Shown here: one piece after another, positions 26,601 to 32,000 of the stretch
Layout of the letters: every line of letters starts with the position of its first letter
Position numbering within the stretch: position 1 is the first letter of the stretch
Source: Pseudomonas aeruginosa
Lineage (GTDB): Bacteria; Pseudomonadota; Gammaproteobacteria; Pseudomonadales; Pseudomonadaceae
DNA length: 32,000 nt
Assembly: GCF_001457615.1 (NCBI RefSeq)
Contig: NZ_LN831024.1
Location: forward strand, 1,290,001-1,322,000
Direction of reading: 5' to 3'
Notes under the pieces: generated by a model
Told to the model about the DNA's origin: nothing
Database searches by the model: none
Seen by the model: only the letters and a program-made list of their open reading frames with translations
Made by a program: the position numbers and the translations under genes

Positions 26601-28869
26601 GATCCTGGTTCGCCTGCTGCCGTTGCGCGAGAGCGCCGGACTGCTACGCTACGCACCCTCGGCGCGGGCCTTCGCCAGCCTGTTCTGGAGCCGCCGGCGC
26701 GAGGAGCGGGAAGTCGCCGGCTGGCCCGAGCGGGCACGCAGCAGCCGCAGCATCCAGCAGATGTTCGGTCGTGACGACGGCCTGCTCGCCCTTCGCGGCG
26801 AAGTGGCCGCGGCGATGCGTGCGCTGCTCGCCGGACAGCCCATCGCGCTGGACCCGCAGCATATCGACGAGGCGGCCGAGTACCTGGTCTGGGAATTGTC
26901 CGCCGAGCGTCCCGAATTCACCTTCAGCAAATATGCCCGGCAATTGCAGGAAGGACTCAAGCTGCGCCTGCAAGGCGCGCGTCTATGGGACGACTACCGG
27001 CAGACCCTGGAGCGTCTCGGCGAGCGGCCCGCCGCCCAGTGGGAACTGGCCGGCAACTGGCTGCGCGGACTATGTGGCGACGCCGAGTTCCAGCCGCTGG
27101 CGGCCTACCTGGACGAGGCGGTGGCGCTCTCGTTGCTGGACGAGGAGATGCCACGACGGATCACCGAGGTCGACCTGCGCTTCCAGGTCGACGGCCTGAT
27201 GGGCGAGCATCCGCGCATCGTCGAACGCGGCCTGGCGCTGGCGGTGGACGACTTCTTCGGCCGCCTGCGTCGCCATCGCCAGCAGTTCCTGCCGGGGCTG
27301 CGGCGCTACCAGGCGCTGCGCCAGGAGATCGTCGAACGCGAGCGCGAGGCATTGCGCCTGGCCGAGTTCAAGCCGCGACCGCTGTCCTCGTTCGTTCGCA
27401 ACAAGCTGATCAATGACGTCTACCTGGGTGTCATCGGCGACAACCTGGCCAAGCAGATGGGGACGGTGGGCGAGAACAAGCGCACCGACCTGATGGGCCT
27501 GCTGATGCTGATCTCCCCGCCAGGCTACGGCAAGACCACCCTGATGGAGTACGTGGCGCATCGCCTGGGGCTGATCTTCATGAAGATCAACGGTCCTGCC
27601 CTCGGCCACGAGGTGCGCTCGCTCGACCCCGGGCAGGCGCCGGACGCGACTTCGCGGCAGGAACTGGAGAAGCTCAACCTGGCGCTGGAGATGGGCAACA
27701 ACGTGATGCTCTATGTCGACGACATCCAGCACACCCATCCGGAGTTCCTGCAGAAGTTCATCTCCCTCTGCGACGGCACGCGCCGGGTGGAAGGGGTGTG
27801 GAAGGGCTGGACCAAGACCTACGACATGCGTGGGCGGAAGTTCTGCGTGGTGATGGCGGGCAACCCCTACACCGAGTCCGGCGAGGTCTTCCGCATTCCC
27901 GACATGCTCGCCAACCGCGCCGACATCTACAACCTCGGCGACACCCTCAGCGGCATGCAGGAGGCGTTCTCCCTCAGCTACATCGAGAACGCCCTGACCT
28001 CCAACCCGGTTCTCGCGCCGCTGGCCACCCGCGACATGGCCGACGTCTATCGCTTCGTCGCCAAGGCCGAGGGCAAGCCGTTCTCCAGCAACGAGCTGGC
28101 CCACGGCTACAGCGGTGCCGAGATCAACGAGATCAGCAGCACCCTGCAACGCCTCATGCAGGTGCGCGACGTGGTGCTCAAGGTCAACCAGCAGTACATC
28201 GCCAGCGCCGCCCAGGCCGACCAGTACCGCAGCGAGCCGCCGTTCAAGCTGCAGGGCAGCTACCGCAACATGAACAAGATGGCGGAGAAGATCTCCGCGG
28301 TGATGAACGATGCCGAGCTGCTGCAACTGATCGCCGACCACTACCAGGGCGAGTCGCAACTGCTGACCACCGGAGCCGAGGAGAACCTGCTGAAGCTCGC
28401 CGAACTGCGCGGCAACCAGAGCCCCGAGCAGGCCGAGCGCTGGGCGCAGATCAAGCGTGACTTCCTGCGCAACAAGTCCATGGGCGGCAGCGACGCCGAC
28501 GTCGGCGGACGGCTGGTTGCGCAGCTCAACGACCTTGTGGAAAGCGTCCGTGGCCTGGCTCGCGAACCCCAGCCGGTACAACCGGCGCCCTGGGACGAGT
28601 TGTTGGCTGGATTGCGCCAGCTCGGCCAGGGTGCGCCGGCGCTGAACGTCGAGGTGACGGCGCCTGCGCAGCCGGGCGTGCAGCAGGTGCTGGAGAGCCT
28701 TGCCGCCTGCCTGCAGGACAGTTTCCTGCCGCTGATCAAGGTGATGGACCGCAAGATCGACGTCGACCTGCGCACGCACAACCGCATCAACGAGATATCC
28801 AGCCGCCTCGACGAACTGGGCCGGTTGCTGGGCGGCGAGCAGAGGCCGCTGGAGAACGATCAACCCTGA
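23629..28869 (+). CDS. Giant (1746 aa) uncharacterised protein: beta-rich N-terminal region, about 800-aa helical region, single MoxR/AAA_5-like AAA+ ATPase module, helical C-terminus
   Basis: Uninterrupted 5.2-kb ORF with AGGAAG upstream. Walker A is SPPGYGKTT (27514-27540) and Walker B is VMLYVDDIQ (27703-27729). It continues ...FCVVMAGNPYTESGEVFRIPDMLANRADIY, the AAA_5/MoxR-style 'NP...G...lp.Al.dR' pattern. The rest matches no family I recognise. Confidence 0.9.
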   Translation: MSDTQAATPAQDVLDKAVAEGGAYEVLHKRLLEQGQRLRQTAERLNASRLEEFGDSQMDVIGRVRIRTENNCIARDIVQVGDCLLFGYNVFIGLRKETGVADVFSLYRLVEGSEGYEAEPVPLGDSFLAAPGFVNDFNELYTYYKNTRLLQLAIRDGKLLASFQIGERITDIRVFRWSISSDGSEVRYIDNRGERDIALPAPFDFEWQRATREMVVEGRFPHLNILDTLFVETIGGDLTIKVENNTEVGLGIYREEVMDKTQSLDDAQVEFARLGSLLLLKVLPYREEQWRYLVFNSLTGKVERIDAIGLACIQLPEDHGIIFPGGYYLQNGEYRTFEQSMEGMRFKRSVRSPNGEDVQYVFYHPEQGRNVLLTYNLINRQLQNPLFGHGYARLEDGRMVIFAAEGEEPTRIHPMQVWQTPFCTEEYAARQPARSGFLGRIGNAELVRGVSDLYDLCREIETPAVSIQRYSLLCQNTQRLFDVYHWLGSDQLDGLAPLLREVAATAELVLDEYEKVESIRRQSAQAMVDAEERHKALLSGLLPDGWDRVQQFVDGLNGITAQRGLLLTIREYRYIDVARLDAMEAELLAAHERVAAATATFLASEQALQPLLERLQSLDGEAQKAETVAQLGEPLAALEAMAGDLDMLSSLMASLRIDDATQRTRIIESISEIYARLNQAKARAEQRRKGLGSSETVAQFGAQFKLFGQGITNALAQAQDPERCDEQLSRLLVQLEELESQFGDHEQFLGDILAKREELLETFEAHKQTLLDERQRKAQGLLDAARRILDSLQRRTARFTQAEELNAFFAADPLILKLRELAERLRELKDSVKADDVEARLKAARDQAVRALRDKSELFEEGGDVIRLGPRHRFSVNTQELDLTLMPRGDALYLHLTGTDFLEPLQDPRLDELREFWQVNLESESETLYRAEYLAGEVLAAADAGRDGFSLERLQALLAQPDELARAIRDFAAPRYKEGYEKGIHDHDAAAILVRLLPLRESAGLLRYAPSARAFASLFWSRRREEREVAGWPERARSSRSIQQMFGRDDGLLALRGEVAAAMRALLAGQPIALDPQHIDEAAEYLVWELSAERPEFTFSKYARQLQEGLKLRLQGARLWDDYRQTLERLGERPAAQWELAGNWLRGLCGDAEFQPLAAYLDEAVALSLLDEEMPRRITEVDLRFQVDGLMGEHPRIVERGLALAVDDFFGRLRRHRQQFLPGLRRYQALRQEIVEREREALRLAEFKPRPLSSFVRNKLINDVYLGVIGDNLAKQMGTVGENKRTDLMGLLMLISPPGYGKTTLMEYVAHRLGLIFMKINGPALGHEVRSLDPGQAPDATSRQELEKLNLALEMGNNVMLYVDDIQHTHPEFLQKFISLCDGTRRVEGVWKGWTKTYDMRGRKFCVVMAGNPYTESGEVFRIPDMLANRADIYNLGDTLSGMQEAFSLSYIENALTSNPVLAPLATRDMADVYRFVAKAEGKPFSSNELAHGYSGAEINEISSTLQRLMQVRDVVLKVNQQYIASAAQADQYRSEPPFKLQGSYRNMNKMAEKISAVMNDAELLQLIADHYQGESQLLTTGAEENLLKLAELRGNQSPEQAERWAQIKRDFLRNKSMGGSDADVGGRLVAQLNDLVESVRGLAREPQPVQPAPWDELLAGLRQLGQGAPALNVEVTAPAQPGVQQVLESLAACLQDSFLPLIKVMDRKIDVDLRTHNRINEISSRLDELGRLLGGEQRPLENDQP

Positions 28870-28887
28870 GGACACGAGGAGCGGGAA

Positions 28888-29580
28888 ATGGACTTCGACG
28901 GATTGGACCGCCAGCTGCGCGACAGCCTGGCCGATCTGAAGCTGAGCAACGAGGAGCGGGACGAACTGCGCCAACTGGGCAGCGAGCTGGCACCCGACCA
29001 GGTGCGTTTCCTGCGCAACCGTGCCTTCGACCTGGTGCGTGAGCTGGTCCTCCTGGAGGAGCAGGGCGAACGGATAGCCGCCCTGAAGTGGCTGGAGCAG
29101 GTGGTGCGCACCCTGGAGGTTACCGCGGCGCCGCCGCGCAGCCGCGCCAGCGCCTATTTCAGTCCCGGCGAGGAGTGTCGGCGGAAGATCCGCGAACTGT
29201 GCCGGCAGGCCAGGCAGAGCCTGGACATCTGCGTGTTCACCATCTCCGACGACCAGCTCAGTGCGGAAATCCTGGCCTGCCATCGGCGCGGCGTTCCGGT
29301 GCGGATCATCAGCGACGATGACAAGCAGTTCGACGAAGGCAGCGACATCCATGCGCTGCGCGAGGCCGGCGTGCCGCTGCGAATCGACGACAGTCCCTTC
29401 CACATGCACCACAAGTTCGCCCTGGTGGATGGCGCCTGGCTGCTCAACGGCAGTTTCAACTGGACCCGCAGCGCCAGCGTCAACAACGAAGAGAACCTGC
29501 TGGTAACCGACGACGCCGTGCTGATCGGCGCCTATCGGCGCGAGTTCGAGGAACTCTGGGGCCGCTACGCCCCGCGCTGA
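28888..29580 (+). CDS. Single-HKD phospholipase D superfamily protein (Nuc/Zucchini-like) with an about 85-aa helical N-terminal extension
   Basis: HKD motif H-H-K-F-A-L-V-D followed by GAWLLNGSFNWTRSASVNNEEN (29407-29490). The start lies 18 bp after the giant ORF's stop, with GAGGAG upstream. Confidence 0.9.
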   Translation: MDFDGLDRQLRDSLADLKLSNEERDELRQLGSELAPDQVRFLRNRAFDLVRELVLLEEQGERIAALKWLEQVVRTLEVTAAPPRSRASAYFSPGEECRRKIRELCRQARQSLDICVFTISDDQLSAEILACHRRGVPVRIISDDDKQFDEGSDIHALREAGVPLRIDDSPFHMHHKFALVDGAWLLNGSFNWTRSASVNNEENLLVTDDAVLIGAYRREFEELWGRYAPR

Positions 29581-29686
29581 GCGGCAGCGACGCGAGAAAG
29601 GCAGGGCAGGCGGTCGGCCGGCGGACCGCACGCGGGCGGGTTTCAGGTTAGACTTGCGCCCTTTCGCTTCCCACGCCGGTATTCCC

Positions 29687-30226
29687 ATGGCCCTGCAATC
29701 CACGCCCTATAAAGCCGATATTTCCCTCACCGACCTGGACCGCGGGGTCTACGAGACGTTGCGCCTGACCGTGGCCCGGCACCCCTCCGAGACCGAGGAG
29801 CGCCTGGCCGTGCGCTTGCTGGCCTACGTGCTGTGGTACGGCGAGCAGATCGCCTTCGGGCGTGGCCTGTCGGACGTGGACGAACCGGCGCTCTGGGAAA
29901 AGAGCCTGGACGGCCGGGTCCTGCACTGGATCGAAGTCGGCCAGCCGGACGCCGAGCGCATCACCTGGTGCTCGCGTCGCTGCGAGCGCTTCAGCCTGCT
30001 CGCCTATGGCAACCTGCGGGTCTGGCAGACCAAGGTGCTGGACAGCGTGCGCAGCCTGAAGAACATCAACGTCGCGGCAGTGCCCCAGGAACCCCTGGAG
30101 AGCCTGTCCCGCGACCTGCCGCGTTCGATCAACTGGACCGTGATGATCAGCGAGGGCACCCTGTTCGTCACCGACGAGAACGGCCAGCACGAGTTGCAGC
30201 TGGAGTGGCTGCAGGGCGAGCGTTGA
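29687..30226 (+). CDS. yaeQ: YaeQ family protein (PD-(D/E)XK-like fold)
   Basis: MALQSTPYKADISLTDLDRGVYETLRLTVARHPSETEERLAVRLLAY... is collinear, by eye, with my recollection of E. coli YaeQ (MALKATIYKA...ARHPSETQERMM.RLLA). Length is 179 aa. The start is an internal ATG of the track ORF 29654-30226. Confidence 0.9.
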   Translation: MALQSTPYKADISLTDLDRGVYETLRLTVARHPSETEERLAVRLLAYVLWYGEQIAFGRGLSDVDEPALWEKSLDGRVLHWIEVGQPDAERITWCSRRCERFSLLAYGNLRVWQTKVLDSVRSLKNINVAAVPQEPLESLSRDLPRSINWTVMISEGTLFVTDENGQHELQLEWLQGER

Positions 30227-30269
30227 TCGCCGCCGCCGTTTCCTTCCGTCGAGCCGAACGAGTGACCTG

Positions 30270-31985
30270 ATGCGTATCGAACCCCGCCCCCTGCCCGAAA
30301 CCCTGCCCGATCTCGGCGACCTTCCGCCATTGCTGGCGCGCCTGTACGCGGCTCGTGGCGTGCGTTGCGCCGAGGAGCTGGACAAGGGCCTGGCGCGGCT
30401 GATTCCCTACCAGCGGCTGAAAGGCATCGAAGAGGGCGTGGCGCTGCTGGTGGACGCCCTGGAGGGCGGCCAGCGGATTCTCATCGTCGGCGACTTCGAC
30501 GCCGACGGCGCCACCGCCAGCAGCGTCGGCGTGCTGGCCCTGCGCATGCTCGGCGCGGCCTGGGTCGATTACCTGGTGCCGAACCGCTTCGAGTACGGCT
30601 ACGGCCTGACCCCGGAGATCGTCGGCGTGGCCCTGGAGAAGCGTCCCGACCTGCTGGTGACGGTGGACAACGGCATCTCCAGCGTGGACGGCGTCCAGGC
30701 GGCGAAAGCCGCGGGGCTCAAGGTGCTGGTCACCGACCACCACCTGCCTGGCCCGGAACTGCCGGCGGCGGATGCGATCATCAACCCCAACCAGCCGGGC
30801 TGCGAATTCCCCAGCAAGGCCATGGCCGGGGTCGGGGTGATCTTCTATGTGATGCTGGCGTTGCGGGCGCGCCTGCGCGAGCTGGACTGGTTCGCCCGGC
30901 GCGGGCTGAAGGAACCGAACCTCGCCGAGCTGCTCGACCTGGTGGCGCTGGGCAGCGTCGCCGATGTGGTGCCGCTCGATGCCAACAACCGCATCCTGGT
31001 CCACCAGGGCCTCGCGCGCATCCGCGCCGGCCGCGCCCGGCCGGGCTTGCGCGCGCTGCTGGAGGTGGCCGGGCGGCCTCCGGTACGGATCACCTCCACC
31101 GACCTGGGTTTCATCCTCGGTCCGCGCCTGAACGCGGCGGGTCGGCTCGACGACATGTCCCTCGGCATCGAATGCCTGCTCTGCGACGACGAAGCGCTGG
31201 CCCGCGACATGGCGGTGCAGCTCGACCAGTTGAACCAGGACCGCAAGGCCATCGAGCAGGGTATGCAGCGCGAGGCGCTGGCGCAGCTCAAGGAGCTGAG
31301 CCTGGAGCAACTGCCGTTCGGCTTGTGCCTGTTCGACGCCGACTGGCACCAGGGCGTGATCGGAATCCTCGCCTCGCGCCTGAAGGAGCGTTACCACCGG
31401 CCGACCATCGCCTTCGCCGATGCCGGCGACGGCAGCCTGAAAGGCTCGGCACGGTCGATTCCCGGCTTCCACATCCGCGACGCGCTGGACGCGGTAGCCG
31501 CCCGTCATCCCGGGCTGATCAGCAAGTTCGGCGGCCACGCGATGGCTGCCGGACTATCGTTGCCGCAGGAAAACTTCGGCGCTTTCTCCGCCGCCTTCGA
31601 TGCCGAAGTACGCCGCCAACTGGCCGAGGAGGACCTGGCCGGGCGCCTGCTCTCCGATGGCCAGTTGAGCATCCAGGAGTTCCACCTGGAGTTGGCGCGC
31701 GCGTTGCGCCAGGCCGGTCCCTGGGGCCAGCACTTTCCCGAGCCGATGTTCCACGGGGTGTTCCAGCTGGTGCAGCAGCGGATCGTCGGCGAGCGTCACC
31801 TGAAGCTGGTGCTGAAAAGCGAATGCGGCTCGCTGCAACTGGATGGCATTGCCTTCAACATCGACCGCGAGCAGTGGCCCAACCCTACCGTGCGCTGGGC
31901 CGAGCTGGCCTACAAGCTCGACGTCAACGAATTCCGCGGCCAGGAAAGCGTGCAACTGATGATCGTCCACATGGCTCCTCGCTGA
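30270..31985 (+). CDS. recJ: Single-stranded-DNA-specific 5'-3' exonuclease RecJ
   Basis: 571 aa. DHH-family motifs (ILIVGDFDADGATA, VTVDNGIS, LVTDHHLP), the DHHA1 motif (GGHAMAAG) and a C-terminal OB-like domain. Confidence 0.96.
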   Translation: MRIEPRPLPETLPDLGDLPPLLARLYAARGVRCAEELDKGLARLIPYQRLKGIEEGVALLVDALEGGQRILIVGDFDADGATASSVGVLALRMLGAAWVDYLVPNRFEYGYGLTPEIVGVALEKRPDLLVTVDNGISSVDGVQAAKAAGLKVLVTDHHLPGPELPAADAIINPNQPGCEFPSKAMAGVGVIFYVMLALRARLRELDWFARRGLKEPNLAELLDLVALGSVADVVPLDANNRILVHQGLARIRAGRARPGLRALLEVAGRPPVRITSTDLGFILGPRLNAAGRLDDMSLGIECLLCDDEALARDMAVQLDQLNQDRKAIEQGMQREALAQLKELSLEQLPFGLCLFDADWHQGVIGILASRLKERYHRPTIAFADAGDGSLKGSARSIPGFHIRDALDAVAARHPGLISKFGGHAMAAGLSLPQENFGAFSAAFDAEVRRQLAEEDLAGRLLSDGQLSIQEFHLELARALRQAGPWGQHFPEPMFHGVFQLVQQRIVGERHLKLVLKSECGSLQLDGIAFNIDREQWPNPTVRWAELAYKLDVNEFRGQESVQLMIVHMAPR

Positions 31986-32000
31986 ACGCGCCACGGGGCC

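Noticed and set aside
27070-29703. 877-aa minus-strand ORF overlapping the 3' part of the ATPase gene and the HKD gene
   Set aside because: This is the same antisense, high-GC artefact. It has no motifs, and it spans two well-supported + strand genes and their intergenic SD.

Overview
High-GC chromosomal window with Pseudomonas aeruginosa-type gene content and order. The organism call is inferred from the protein sequences and synteny; no search was run. About 60% is ordinary core housekeeping. This part holds a partial SGNH hydrolase, an MFS transporter, and a CorB/YfjD-like and YpjD-like membrane pair divergent from ffh. It continues with the rpsP-rimM-trmD-rplS operon, a hotdog thioesterase, a CPA1 Na+/H+ antiporter, xerD, dsbC, hom-thrC, a secreted alpha/beta hydrolase, a family III CoA-transferase and recJ. 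I found no tRNA, rRNA, CRISPR array, IS element or prophage signature. The part worth attention is a co-directional cluster at 19350-30226. It encodes a DUF2170/YjfI-like protein with an extra N-terminal module, a YjfJ-type PspA/IM30 (ESCRT-III-fold) protein, a YqiJ/NfeD-like membrane protein and a 688-aa flotillin. These are followed by a 1746-aa protein with one MoxR/AAA_5-like ATPase module, a tightly coupled single-HKD PLD/Nuc-like enzyme, and YaeQ. This merges what are two separate operons in E. coli (yjfIJ and yqiJK) and adds a giant ATPase plus an HKD effector with no mechanism known to me. I propose it as a candidate PspA/flotillin-based membrane-remodelling or envelope-defence machine driven by an AAA+ motor. 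Secondary observations follow. Two perfect 13-bp direct repeats overlap a putative promoter of the cluster. A small membrane-anchored protein has a textbook tandem MshEN (c-di-GMP-binding) motif. The flotillin gene contains a 120-bp in-frame tandem duplication. An attenuator-like hairpin follows the pspA-like gene. An unannotated-looking 94-aa ORF has a strong SD and a TTG start. Many very long ORFs in the track are antisense artefacts of the high GC content and were rejected.
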